Source: Octopus vulgaris (taxonomy: Eukaryota). From it: 64,000 nt of DNA. The stretch is taken from NCBI GenBank assembly GCA_951406725.2, contig OX597820.1, positions 121,644,001 to 121,708,000 on the forward strand, given 5' to 3'. This document shows, piece after piece, positions 29,951-43,341 of this stretch (position 1 is the stretch's first letter; each line of letters starts with the position of its first letter). Made by a program: the position numbers and the translations under genes. The notes below the pieces were generated by a model that had not been told where the DNA came from, made no database searches, and was given only the letters and a program-made list of their open reading frames with translations.

Positions 29951-30774
29951 AAGGTTCACCTGGAAACTTACAAGACAAAACCTCCGTCAGCTGGGAGGAT
30001 GAGTAGTAGTGAGAAGGGGGGTGGCTTTGTGCCAGTTGCTGAGAGATTAGATGTTGAGAACAGGTACATGAATACTCCAGAAAGGAAGGTAAGACAAAGA
30101 GTAAGATAAAGTGAGCGGGTGGTTCAGTGGGTAAGAGCGGGTACTCTTTGTCTGAAAAATAAATGGCAGGAATGACTTAACAGGAATGCTTTTAAAGAAG
30201 ATCGACCAAGACAACAACACCAACACCAACACCAACAAACATCCTACTTTATCGGATTCAATAGGAAGTTATCATCTTCCTTTCATCTTTATTTCTCGAC
30301 TTAACTTTCTAATTTATCTGACTATCGACCTCACCTTTAGACATGAAAGTTGTTTGAATATATTTACATCTACACGACTAATTAGAAAGGAATCATCTCA
30401 GACATTGAACTGCTTTTATATTTTATTTGCCAGCGATGTGTAAGAGAAGACGTTATATGATTCAATTATCTCATAGCATATGTTATCGACCAGGAGACAG
30501 TTGCGAACCGAGGTCAAGGTAAAGAGATGAAACTTCAATACGGGAAAGTATCGTCTCCTTCACCCTATACCTTCTGACACTTCACTTGTCTAATGATTTA
30601 TCGTTAACTAGTTCGATTCCGCACAACTTTCACACCTCCTCTCACTTATAATATCTTCTATATTCAAACCTAAAAAGAAATAATTTATCTTTTACACTAC
30701 AACATCTAACCCACTGGAGCTAAATGAAGAACTTCCAGGTAATTAACAGACATTATTGTTAAGAGCTGACTGGC

Positions 30775-31073
30775 CCTCCGTCGCCTACAACGACGAGTGT
30801 TCCAGTTGATCCGATCAACAGAACGGCCTGCTCGTAAAATTAATGCACATGTGACTAAAGAACTCCACGGACATGCGTACCCTCAACGTAGTTCTCGGTG
30901 AAATTCAGCGTCAAACAGAATGTGATAAGGCGGGCCCTTTGAAAAAACAGGTCCTCTTCATCTTTGCCAGCGGGAAATAAAGCGTCTTGCTCAAGAGCAC
31001 AACACACCTCCGTCTATCGAACTGACGACCTTACGATCGCGAGCCAGATACACGAACCACTAAGCCACGCACT
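30775..31073 (-). mobile_element. tRNA-derived SINE group A variant
   Basis: CTCCGTCG..CGACGAG..GATCCGATCAAC tail and ACCACTAAGCCACGC head. Confidence 0.85.
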
Positions 31074-31742
31074 TTCACAACTTTCAGAACAAGAAACAAA
31101 CAGAACCACGTTTTTAAATTCAAGGATTTGCAGCCGTCCATGGCCCAACAGAAATAAAACAACAACAACAACAACATAGTCATTACAAACACACGCACAC
31201 GCACACAAATACACATACACACTTACCATGAACTTAAACAGTTTATGGCTGCTAATTTGAACATGTATTCAAATACTCAGTTCTCGGCCACGCGTCTATT
31301 AATAGCTGAGGAGATGTATTCTAGCCATTTCTATCTATTATCTTTTGCAAGGTTCTATTAAACCAATCCAGTCCAGCCCAGCCCAGCCCCAACGATCTTC
31401 AACAACGCCGTCTCCACCGACACCGCTAAAAATGACAACAACAACAACAACAACAATACCTGGCCAAGTCGCCAGAATGGACCGAAGTGCGAGCCTTTAC
31501 GTGGTCACTCAACCAGTTAGTAACAGTATCTAAATTACACAATATTGTCTTTGAAAGGAAGGACACATTGGATATGCAATGTGTAAAGAATAGGAAAGAC
31601 GTAGACGCTGTTCCAGCCATGACCATACTGTCGACTTAAGTAGGCTGATGTAGAATGGGACATTTAAATCTACAACCCCTTCTAGCAAAATACTCCAACT
31701 TCCCCTGCCCCCACCTCACCGTCCACGTGACCATCAAAATCT

Positions 31743-31756
31743 GTTACCAAGGCAAC
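31743..31756. promoter_or_regulatory. RFX X-box-like motif with an adjacent E-box (CACGTG, ~31724)
   Basis: GTTACCAAGGCAAC fits the X-box pattern GTNRCC-N(0-3)-RGYAAC; non-repetitive context. Confidence 0.35.
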
Positions 31757-31924
31757 AAACAACCTTTGTTAAATATCAATATGAATTCTCTCAAAACAAC
31801 AGCAGAAACTCTAGCTGCTAGAAATAGTAGATAAATGTCTCTCAGTTACCTCTATACTTTCGTAAAGCAATTTCACTGAACACTCTGGTCGTAGCAGTCG
31901 TAAAAGCAGTGTGGCAGCTTTAAT

Positions 31925-31980
<56 letters not shown>
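31925..31980. repeat. (GCA)n trinucleotide repeat
   Basis: Direct reading; no supporting coding context. Confidence 0.95.
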
Positions 31981-31982
<2 letters not shown>

Positions 31983-33482
31983 CCAGGTGTATGCACTGAA
32001 ATGACGGAATTTTGAAGTTTCTCTCCCTAAATAACAAGACAAGACGATCATAGCTGGGATGTCTTTCAGGACGTAACGGCAGACGAAATACGGCTACGCT
32101 TTTCGCCCGGTGTGCTAACGTTTCTGCCAGCTCGCCGCCTTTAATACCAGCTCAGCTCAGACACCGCAAGCAGTGGCCCTTCATCATTACGGATGCTACC
32201 ACAGCCACCAGCAACTGCGCCATCACCTGCAACACCATCATCACCAAAACTGCTTTGTCTTTTCCTTCTTCCCCTGAGTTTTGCTGGTTTCGAATCGTCA
32301 TCGATTCTTGTGCAATTTTTTTTTTTGGTCTGTAGGGGTGTTCGCCCTACACAAACCCATTTTTATCTTTGGGAAGAAGCAGTCCATATTAATCTGGGCT
32401 CTATCCTTTGATCTCTCCAGCATGGAAGGCTCTCCCAGGCCCTTCCACTCCCCTGGCATACCTCTCAGGGTCATCCAGGCACACCAAACTGCAACAAGGA
32501 CTGGACATTGTGCTGACCAATCTGATCTTATCTATTACCGAGGCGCTTGGACGATGATGCATGAAACAGCTTTGTATCAAAACTGTGGTTCGCGGGACTT
32601 TCTTCATGGTACACCTAGCGGAAAATTACCTTTAATTTTACTTAGCCTTGAGGTTCGCCTGATAATGAGTCACATCCCATGCGGCCATACTTTCTTTTCG
32701 TCATTGCTCTGCCTCGTCAGTGCTGACCTGCAGGTAACAATAACAGCATCGTCATCACTATTACCAACACTGTTACCACCAACACCTACACCACCATCAC
32801 GACCGCCATCACCACCACCCTCACCACCATCATCTCTACTACCCCACCACCACTACGGCCCTGCGCTGTAGTCACTGCACCGCAATGTCACACCTGCTTG
32901 CGCGGTTGTCTGTCTTGTTAGAGACATCCACGGGGAAACATTTGCAGATTTTTAATTGAAAAACAACAAAGAGAAACTGAGAAAAGATAGACACAAAAGG
33001 CGGACGGGGAAAAAGGGATCACCACCACAACAACAACAACAATGATAATGACAGTAACAAGAACAACGACAGCAGCAACAACTACAACCAACTACAATAA
33101 CATCAAATGCGTTCAACAAGCAGCGTCGTCAGCAGAAGGAATCGTAGCAGCAACCCCAACAGCAATGGCACCGTTTTCAGGAGTAACAACTGCCGCAGCA
33201 ACAGCAGCAACAGCAGCAACAGCTATAGTAATAATTGCAGTGGCAGCAGCAGTAGTAACAACAGTAATAATATCAGTAATAACTGCTTCAGAAATTACAC
33301 CATTAACAAGCCGAACACTTAAAGAGGCCATGGATGAGTAATACACACACACACACATACACACACACACACAAACTCCTGTTACTCTCACTCTAACATT
33401 CTCTTCTGAATAAACGAATCTACATTTTTTGTTACATTATTTACATCTGACGGATATTTGTTCTCATCTTGTTTGTTGTTAC

Positions 33483-33525
33483 CACAACGTTTCGGCTGAT
33501 ATACCCTCCAGCCTTCATCAGGTGT
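33483..33525 (-). ncRNA. Minimal hammerhead ribozyme motif in a PLE pLTR-like fragment (~33430-33560)
   Basis: Reverse complement: cac-CTGATGA-a-ggctg-gagggtatat-cagcc-GAAA-cgtt-gtg; 5-bp stem II, AACGTT palindrome, 3-bp stem I. Confidence 0.75.
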
Positions 33526-33660
33526 CTTGGGGAAATTTTGAACCTGAGTTCTCTTTTTCCTTTCTCAGGGCGGCAGGATGTAATTTAGTGGAGATTTTGC
33601 TGTTATTTCTAGTACATTGAAGGACTGTGTAGAAGGTCATTTGGTTCAAATTCTGAAGTA

Positions 33661-34044
33661 AATCAAAATCAAATATTAACTCATTGCGATTTGAACTCGG
33701 AGCTAGTTCATCGCATCTTGGTTTAAGCAACACAGCCACCCTGGCTACATGACAAATAACACCAATTTCCCGCTTATGTGAAGATCAGTTCACATTGTAG
33801 TGAGGCAACTTTTTTATATTGACCCCAGTACTTTACTGGTACTTATTTTGTTGATCTCAGTGAATCAAAATCAAATATTAACTCAGTGCGATTTGAACTC
33901 GGAGCTAGTTCATCGCATCTTGGTTTCAGCAACACAACCACCCTGGCTACATGACAAATGACATATGAAATTCTGTTCACATTGTAGTTAGGCAACCTTT
34001 ACATTGACACCAGTACTTTACTGGTATTTATTTTGTTGATCTCA
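33661..34044 (+). repeat. Tandem duplication, period ~200 bp, containing SINE-C-like pieces
   Basis: AATCAAAATCAAATATTAACTCA..GCGATTTGAACTCGGAGC at 33661 and 33863. Confidence 0.92.
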
Positions 34045-35199
34045 GAAGGCCAAAAGACTAACTCGACGTTGGCGTAATTCGAATTCAGAACATAAAGTAA
34101 TATAAATGTCCGGTCATTTGTCGCGCAGAACTCCTGGAATAAATTTATTCATTTGCCATTTATATGAAGTGTTTTCTCTGCTTGTAGACGCGTGCAGACA
34201 ACCTGAACAAATACCACAAGACATTCTATGTAACGTTGAACCAATTCAGCCAGTCTGCACTCTTGTCTTAATTGGTGTCAAAAAAAACCAAAAGAAGGCC
34301 GAGTCATAAGGATTCAACTCAATGTAAGTCGTTGGTGAAGTTTGAAGTCAGAATGTAGAAGGAAAAAGCTAAATAGTGATTATGTGTTGCATTTATGACA
34401 TAACTGGAATTTACCGTCAATAGGAACAGAAAACTTTGAGGTAATATCGATAATAGTATTTAAGAAAAAAAGAGAGAAAAACAGCTCTAACGATAATAAT
34501 AGCCAACTAAAGCAGCGGCTGCAACATCGATAAAGCTAAATGCAGCAACTCTGACAAGAAGCACATTGCAACAACATTATTAACATCAACAACAATCAAC
34601 AACAATCATATCAGACGCATAAATAACAACAGCAATACATCGAGCCAAATCAAAAATCGATAAGGACTACGAGAACAGCAGTAGGTCTGTCAATGTATGT
34701 TCCTTCACTCGTCGCCTTTAGGCATCAATTTACATCCATATATATTGAAGCATGGAAATATCAAAACCGTTACAAGTATACACTAGACTGTATTATAAAT
34801 TGACACTGTAGCACACTGCGCCACAACATGGAAGTAATTGGTTATTGCTGAGAAAGAGGAATATTCGCACCGAGCGCTGGAGGCTTGTGCATGATGAATT
34901 TAATATCGAACCAACTGTTTAGCACACGGAACATGACAAACATGAAATACGCAATCACCATCAGAAGCAAAAGAATGGATCGAAAATTTGTGAGATAATT
35001 GATGAAGTTGAAGCTTTTAATGTTTCAGATTTGAATGTTAGGTGGACTAAGCCATTGGCGGACAGACTGTTCTGCACGACTTGAACACTAGCTCTAGACT
35101 TGAACTCGCAACTAAATAATCCAATGTGATACCTAACCAGTATGTCTGCACAATTACGTTGTAACCCCCCCACACACACACACACATGTAGAGTAGAAG

Positions 35200-35576
35200 C
35201 ACTCCGTCGGTTACGATGATGAGGGTTCCGGTTGATCCGAATCAGCGGAACAGCCTGCTCGTGAAATTAACGTGTAAGTGGCTGAGCACTCCACAGACAC
35301 GTGTACCCTTAACACAGTTCTCGGGGATATTCAGCGTGATACAGAGAGTGACAAAGCCGGCCCTTTGAAATACAGGTACAACAGAAACAGGAAGTAAGAG
35401 TGAGAGAAAGTTGTGGTGAAAGAGTACAGCAGGGATCACCACCATCCCCTGCCGGAGCCTCGTGGAGCTTTAGGTGTTTTCGCTCAATAAACACTCAAAA
35501 CGCCCGGTCTGGGAATCGAAACCGCGATCCTATGACCGCGAGTCCGCTGCCCTAACCACTGGGCCATTGCGCCTCC
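35200..35576 (-). mobile_element. tRNA-derived SINE group A, full length and young-looking
   Basis: Head GGAGGCGCAATGGCCCAGTGGTTAGGGCAGCGGACTCGCGG..GGTTTCGATTCCC; tail CGTAACCGACGGAGTG. Confidence 0.92.
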
Positions 35577-35974
35577 ACACACACACACACACACACATAC
35601 ACATACACATGTACATAACAGGTTAAATAATTCGTAACATTGTAATTGTCTTACCCTGTTTAATCAATATTTTAAATATTGTATTTGTAATTTATATGTA
35701 TTTTATTACAAAAATATTTATACTGTGGTCTTACCCTCATTAAAGGCCTTGTACGTCATTTTGGTTGATGTAATATAATAATTGCTGGTGGCGACCCTGT
35801 TCCTTCGTTACCTTTCTTTTCGGACACTTTTCGAACACTGGACAAATAACAAATTCGAACATATAACGAAAACCAAGTTGTAAAAAAAAGCCAGATATTC
35901 TGAAAGAATTTACAGTTCCCACCTGAGGTTCGTTTAGATAGAAAACATTTTGGTGTTTAATATGAAGAAAAAAA

Positions 35975-36195
35975 GGAGGCAGCAAGTTGGCAGAATCGTT
36001 AGCACGCCGGGCAAAATGCTTAGCGGCATTTCGTCCGTCTTTACGTTCTGAGTTCAAATTCTGCTGAGGTCGACTTTGCCTTTTCTCCTTTCGTGGTTGA
36101 AAAAATAAGTACCAGTTTAGCACTTGGGGCGATGTAATCGACTTAGCCTCTCCCCCAGAATTGTTGGCCTTTTTTGTCAAAATTTGAAACCAATA
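35975..36195 (+). mobile_element. SINE group C
   Basis: GGCAGCAAGTTGGCAGAATCGTTAGCACGCCGGGC head, GAGTTCAAATT, central domain. Confidence 0.88.
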
Positions 36196-36850
36196 TAAAG
36201 AAAGAAATTTTGTGCCGGTTATTCATATTTGCTACATTATTTTAACTCATGTATAAAAGTAAATTTCGTTGAAGAATTACAAGAATCCCCAAAGTTGAGT
36301 CTGGCAGCAGTGAGACTTAGAGAAGCCAACATTTATAATGCATTTATTCATTAATGAATTCTAGAACGACAATCAAAAGCTAATTAAACCATTCGAACAT
36401 TGGAAAGGTTTTTTTACGCTGGAAGTCTGCCTTCATAGGCATACACCATACAGGTTGATGTACGGGTATGACGTGGATAAGTATGGGTTCGGTTCCCGCG
36501 GGTTCCTCAAAGTTTTATCTTCGCAAACCAAGAATTATTTATTTAGTGGAAATATCGAATTTAAATAAAGTCCTACAAGCCAACCTCTCCGAAGTCAAAA
36601 TAGAAATAGCAGCTACACGTCTTTTAAATCACGTCCTCTGTTCTTAAACACTGGAAGTACACTACTGCAAAGTATTCCTAATCTGGCCATATCAAGAAGC
36701 CAGGAAAAAACAGATGGAATGTCGTTAGTATAATACTTTTAGACATCTATGTCCTGGATATAGGCTGACCTGGGGTTAAATAGCATAGCACCTGAGTTCC
36801 TTAAAATAATAGCAAGTAAAATTCGTTTGAGACATCACAACTTCCACTTC

Positions 36851-37013
36851 AGGCGCAGGAGTAGCTGTGTGGTAAGCATGTTTACCAACCACATGGTTCC
36901 GGGTTCAGTCCCACTGCATGGCAACTTGGGCAAGTGTCTTCTACTATAACCTCGGGCCGACCAAAGCCTTGTGAGTGAATTTGGTAGACGGAAACTGAAA
37001 GAAACCCATCGTA

Positions 37014-37066
<53 letters not shown>

Positions 37067-37290
37067 GCGTGTGTGTGTTTGTGCGTCTGTGTTTGTCCCC
37101 CTAGCATTGCTTGACAACCGATGCTGGTGTGTTTATGTCCCCGTTGCTTTGCGGTTTGGCAAAAGAAACCGATAGAATAAGTACTGGGCTTACAAAAGAA
37201 TAAGTTTCGGGGTCGAGTTGCTCGATTAAAGGCGGTGCTCCAGCATGGCCGCAGTCAAATGACTGAAACAAGTAAAAGAGTAAAAGAGTA
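36851..37290 (+). mobile_element. SINE group B, full length
   Basis: Same head, core and tail as 16505-16915. Confidence 0.92.
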
Positions 37291-37355
37291 ATGAGGTATT
37301 AAAACTCACCGGATGGCCACATACAGTTCGTTTGCTACGACTAACTAACTGGTCA

Positions 37356-37668
37356 TCCGTCGGTTACGACGATGTGGGTTCCAGTTGATACGATCAACGA
37401 AACAACGTGCATGAGAAATTAACGTGCAAGTGGCTGAGTACTCCACAGACACGTGTAGCTTTAACGTGGTTCTCGGGGAGATTCAACGTGACACAGAATG
37501 TGACAAAGCTATCTCTTTGAATTACAGATACAACTCATCTTTACCATCTGAGTGGACTGCAACAACGTGAAATAAAGTGTCTTCCTCAAGGACATAACGC
37601 GTCCCCGGGAATCGAACTCACAGCCTTAAGATCGTGAACCGAACGCGCTAACCACTAAGCCACGCGCT
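37356..37668 (-). mobile_element. tRNA-derived SINE group A variant
   Basis: TCCGTCGGTTACGACGA tail and ACCACTAAGCCACGCGC head. Confidence 0.88.
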
Positions 37669-38354
37669 TTCAGGCCTATGATTAATACCATGTCAAAAGC
37701 CGCACAAAAGAAGCTGACTAATATAACAAGTGCATATCCTGCTGTGAACTATAATGGAAACCTTAGCGATGAATGAAACAGTATGCAGAGGTTCGATTCC
37801 CACGTACCGCCTTGCACCAACAAATATCAACATATATTTGCCATTCAATTGTAGTTTTAACCATTAATACTTTTCAATATGTTGAATTTCCTTGTAAATT
37901 ACTCTCCTACTTCGCGTGATATTCACTAACATGAAGCTATTTATAAGCTGTTATCTAATCTCCAACTGCTTATCTTATAATCTTTGAATTACAATTACTT
38001 AATTAAATGTATTTCCATTCAAATTTCATTTATTCACCAAACATCGCTTTTATAAATTATTCTTTAATGTTGTTATTTGGTGTCAAGTGTCAGACTGACT
38101 TCTTAAAATTCTATCTAATTGCTTAAACATCTCGTGACTTTCAGCATAGCCTACCGCTGCTGCTGCTGCTGCTGCTGGTGCTACTGCTGCTACTACTGCT
38201 GCTGCTAGTGTTAACTCAACGGTGCGTACTTCTGTGTACCTTGGGTACACGCAATGTATTGGATTGAAAATTCCTTGCTTAATGTGTACGGAGTAACATT
38301 TAGTGCTGTTCTATGGATTCGGTATTCGAGTCTAATCTTTTATCTTTTTTTTTC

Positions 38355-38748
38355 ATTTACTTGATTCAGTCATTTGACTGCGGCCATGCTGGAGCACCGC
38401 CTTTAGTCGAGCAAATCGACCCAGGGACTTATTCTTTTGTAAGCCCAGTACTTATTCTATCGGTCTCTTTTTGCCGAACCGCTAAGTGACGGGGACGTAA
38501 ACACACCAGCATCGGTTGTCAAGCAATGCTAGGGGGACAAACACAGACACACAAACACACATACATACATATACATATATACGACGACAGGCTTCTTTCA
38601 GTTTCCGTGTACCAAATCCACTCACAAGGCTTTGGTCGGCCCGGGGCTATAGCAGAAGACACTTGCCCAAGATGCCACGCAGTGGAAGTGAACCCGGAAC
38701 CATGTGATTGGTTAGCAAGCTACTTACTACACAGCCACTCTTGCGCCT
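38355..38748 (-). mobile_element. SINE group B, full length
   Basis: Reverse complement of 36851-37290. Confidence 0.92.
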
Positions 38749-39410
38749 ACAGTGTTAGAATTCTCTATATTAAATCTGTGGCTTTGACAATCATTTCCAA
38801 CACATATCATTATCAATGAGGGTGGAGTCTTCGACTTGGCCTGAGCATGGACTCAAACCCAAATGAAATGAAATGAATTCGCATCCATCGAGAGCACTGT
38901 TGATATTATTTCTACTTTTCAATCACACATCATCGTTTTCCAAAGTTTCATATTTTCGTTCCCAGATCTTTTGATTTTCCACTTCTTCTGTAGATATTAT
39001 TATCTGCTGAAACTGATACACCGATTAACAGAAATATAGTACTTACCTCTAATCTGTCGATTTATCTTAATCTCCTTGCCTGTGAGAACTGGCTTCTCCT
39101 AGGGTAGGGTGTGTCTTTATTCTTTAGAACCTAACACTTCCTCTAGATTATTATTTTTTCTTATTTGTACCATTCCTGTAACTTTTTTCTCTTTTTCTTT
39201 CTTTCTTTCTTTCTTTTGTTCCGCTGTTGCTAAGAGACGTTTTATGTTTATTTGAAGGTCGTGGTTTATTTGATCGTGGAAAGTTCTACTATTTCTATTC
39301 TGCAAGGGGCCATTTGCCTGTTGCAGGAAAGCTCCCGATGGTGTATGGGAAGGTGATTGTCACTTTCTTGGCGGAAGCAACATCAATGTTGAAAAAAATT
39401 AAAGATATAT

Positions 39411-39755
39411 AGGCGCAGGAGTGGCTGTGTGGTAAGTAGCTTGCTAAACAACCACATGGTTCCGGGTTCAGTCCCACTGCGTGGCATCTTGGGCAAGTGT
39501 CTTCTGCTATAGCGCGGGGCCGACCAATGCCTTGTGAGTGGATTTGGTAGACGGAAACTGAAAGAAGCCTGTCGTATATATGTATATGTATATATGTATG
39601 TATATGTGTGTGTTTGTGTGTCTGTGTTTGTCCCCCTAGCATTGCTTGACAACCGATGCTGGTGTGTTTACGTCTCCGTCACTTAGCGGTTCGGCAAAAG
39701 AGACTGATAGAATAAGTACTGGGCTTACAAAGAATAAGTAAAAGAGTAAAGAGTA
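39411..39755 (+). mobile_element. SINE group B with an internal 3' deletion
   Basis: Head AGGCGCAGGAGTGGCTGTGTGG; jumps from AGAATAAGT directly to the AAAAGAG tail. Confidence 0.9.
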
Positions 39756-40650
39756 TATACACTCCTGAAATATAATTTCTCAGCCAAAAAGAAACAAAAA
39801 ATAAACAGAAAAGCTCAAAACGATTTCAAGTACAGATATTTTGATAAGCACAAAATACGTTAATAAGTTAATAAGAGGAACAATATAAAGACTAGCAGGA
39901 GCAGCAACATTTATAAGAACTCATCTTTTGCTAACGTTACGAGTGAAAGGGTGGACGTGGTCGTCGGTGAAGAAAAATTATGGAAGAATTACGTCGGGAA
40001 AGGAGAAGTTTCTTGCGTCGAAAATTTTAACTAAGAAACAGTAAAGAGAAAAAAATTACGCAATTTTCTTTTCTCAAAAGAGAGACAAAAGCGGAGTTGG
40101 AGTTAACTGCTTACGTCGAACTGCCTGCCATGACTGTCGGATATGGATGACAAAATCGGATAATAGCTCAATGAAGAAAGAAAAAGAACGGAAACTTTAG
40201 GGCTGGCTATAAGAGGCACACTTTACTGGGTCTGGATGGTCTGTCACACGCTCCATGAGCATACATACATACACATACATATATGTATGTATGCATGTAT
40301 GTATGTACGTATATAAATGTGTGTGTGTGTGTGTGCGTTTTAAGAGATGAAAGAGAGAAGAAATGAGAGTGGGCGGTGTCAATTGCCTCAGCCGTATAAA
40401 CGTACTTTTAGTTGAAATACCACGTTAATGGTATTCTGAATCATCATCATCGTCATCATCACCACCACCAGCACCACCACCATCGTCCTCCCCATCGACT
40501 TCATTCTATAAACGTTATTGTTTATAAACCGTACATCATTTAACCCTGCGCCTTACAAATTGCTTTCATTCGGCGCGACACACATTTATCGCGTTCCTTG
40601 TCACTTTGCTTTATTGGTTCTCTCGCTCATTCCCTCATTCCATCTCATTC

Positions 40651-40696
<46 letters not shown>

Positions 40697-41240
40697 ATTC
40701 TCTCTATCTCCCAGTCTTTCTCCCTCACCTCTCCCTCCCCCCCTTAAGTATCCAGCTGCTCTCAATTTGTTTCGTCGTTTCATACTCTAAAGTTGCTTCT
40801 GATATCTTCCAAATTACTTGGAAACCTAATCAAATCGCTGCCAATTCTTCGTTGCTTTTCCCGTCTCTAGAATGGTTTCTTAAAGTTCACTTTATTGATT
40901 CTAGGGGCCATCCAGCTCCCCGGAATTTAATCATCAACCAATTGTTTCTCGCAATATCCAGATGCTTATTATATCCACCCAATTGCAAACGGAACCTTTG
41001 AAGTAATTAATCCCAGTGCCCAGCTGTGCTTAATGCTTCGCTAAATGGAAAATAATACGAAAACATAAAACAAAAGAAAATAGAAAATATGAAGCGAAAA
41101 GATGCTGGATCAGAAAGGATTGGGACATATTTAGCACAGGTCACGTGATTACGAATCCCATTCCGAGTTCTTTTATTTTCTTTTAATGTAATTTGTTTTC
41201 TCTGCTTCACTATCGCAAAGTGTGGATGGTTCGTGCGATA

Positions 41241-41475
41241 GAGTTTCTCAACCCTTTTGGCCCGTGGACCCCTTTCGTTGGTGTTTTACCCATCTGGATC
41301 CTCTTATTGAAAAAAAATTCCTTTTATATTTTTTATAAATAATTATTAAGAATTGTATAAAAAAAAAAACACTTTAAATATTTTGTGCATTGTGGAAGTA
41401 TAACTGATTTAATGTTCATAAACTTCAAAAACCTGTTTCTTTGAATCGCCGGTGTGGACCCCAGTTGAGAGTCAG
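41241..41475. mobile_element. hAT-like MITE relic
   Basis: Ends TTTCTCAACC... and ...GGTTGAGA with subterminal GTGGACCCC motifs at both ends. Confidence 0.55.
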
Positions 41476-41654
41476 TGGACTTCTTGATAAACAAACGATA
41501 GGACAGCAGTTCTGAGTGGTGTGTTGCGAAAAATGGTTGAACTGAAAACGGGTATCACTGAGTAAGAATAGCCTGCGGTTATAAGAAATAGCAGGAGCGG
41601 CACCGTAATATTAGCAGGTGACTTCTTGTCATCACCAGAAAACGGAATCTTTTT

Positions 41655-41815
41655 TACTCTAGGCACATGGCCTGAAATTTTTGGGAAGGTGGCCTGTCGA
41701 TTAGATCGACCCTAGTACGCAACTGGTACTTAATTTATTGTCGCTGAAAGGATGAAAGACAAATTCGACCTTGGAGGAAATTGAACTCAGAACGTAAAGA
41801 CAGACGAAATAGCGG
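41655..41815 (-). mobile_element. SINE group C fragment
   Basis: AACTGGTACTTAATTTAT..GAAAGGATGAAAG..TTGAACTCAGAACGTAAAG. Confidence 0.8.
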
Positions 41816-42156
41816 TAGACATGATCTCAATTCCCTGCTTTACTTTTTTCCACTGTAATACTCATACATACCAGCACACACATGCACACACACACACTCT
41901 ACCCCATAAAAGTACGCACCTTCCCCTATAATATAATCTTCTGATCTGGACTTAAATTTCTTAGTGCTGCCATATTTTAATGAATATTTTTTTATAAATC
42001 CTAGTCATTATCAATATCTATTTCCTACCCGCTACGTATCTAATCTCTGTCTCACCACTGATTCTTCAAAACCTCACACACACACACACACACACTTCCA
42101 TATATGTATATATATATGTTTATATATACATTTATATATATATGTGTGTTTGTGTG

Positions 42157-42215
<59 letters not shown>

Positions 42216-42582
42216 GTGTGTGTGTGTGTGTGTATACATTCACATACATATATACATACACGCACACATATGTATATGCATACAGACACACACACATACA
42301 CACATACACCCCACACACATATATATATAAATATGTAAATATCATATATATATGTATATAAACATATATATATGACGATATGTATAATGTTATGAATCAT
42401 TTAAAACTAAATTGTATCTAAGTTTTTTTTAAACATATATCCTTCCTTCTTCTGTTGCCCAAATCTAATCTGTAACTTGCGATTCATTCGTCATCTTGAG
42501 ATTTTACGCAGCTATGATTCAGATCAAAGGTTAGTTCTTGTGAAGAAATCTGCTAACCATTACGTGTTTGTGTGTGTGTGTA

Positions 42583-42664
<82 letters not shown>

Positions 42665-43040
42665 TGTGTGTGCATCAATTTTTAATTATTTGAAGTCTTC
42701 TTGCAAAGAAGCTAATATCTATCAGAGATACAATCTTTCGTCGCTGGAATTTAGATAAAAAAAAAAGACCGTGTCACATTACAAACTTGTATGAGGTCTT
42801 GCATATTTTTACAGTTCCAACTACAGATTGTATTAGCAATGTGCGTGTTTACAGGTTGATCTATTCTTCTAAAAATCTCAGCTTTTACAGATGGTTACGA
42901 AAGCATTTCCTCAAAAAATTAAATGCATCAAATAATTATATACGGTATAAATGCGAATTTATAATCAGGACAGAGTATTTGTATGTGGCTATCCTCTTTC
43001 TTTTTGTATGTATGTATGTCTGCATGTATCCATGTATGTA

Positions 43041-43341
43041 TGTTCCTTCTCGAGCCATGCCTGGCTCATAAGGGCCGGTTTCCCGGTTTCTTGGCGTATA
43101 GGTTCTCCGCCTGGACGGGACGCCGGTCCGTCGCAGGTGAGCTGCATGATGCAGGAGGAAAGAGTGAGAGAAAGTTGTGGCTAAAGAGTCAGCAGAAGTT
43201 TCGCCATTATTACCGTCTACCGGAGCTGCGTGAAGCTTAGGTGTTTTCGCTTATAAACATACACATCGTCCTGTCTGAGATTCGAACCCGCGATCCCTCG
43301 ACCGCGAGTCCGCTTCTCTAACCACTAAGCCATGTGCCTCC
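43041..43341 (-). mobile_element. tRNA-derived SINE group A, full length
   Basis: Close to 21119-21427 and to the reverse complement of 51211-51510. Confidence 0.92.

Noticed and set aside
31925-31980. (CAG)n as a polyQ or polyA coding tract
   Set aside because: Stops nearby and no splice context.
32281-32871. 196-aa ORF in GC-richer sequence
   Set aside because: No recognisable domain, non-ATG start and a low-complexity tail; may be retroelement UTR debris.
26000-34044. Direct repeats as a CRISPR-like array
   Set aside because: Only two-copy tandem duplications of 200-435 bp with no repeat-spacer periodicity, in a eukaryotic context.
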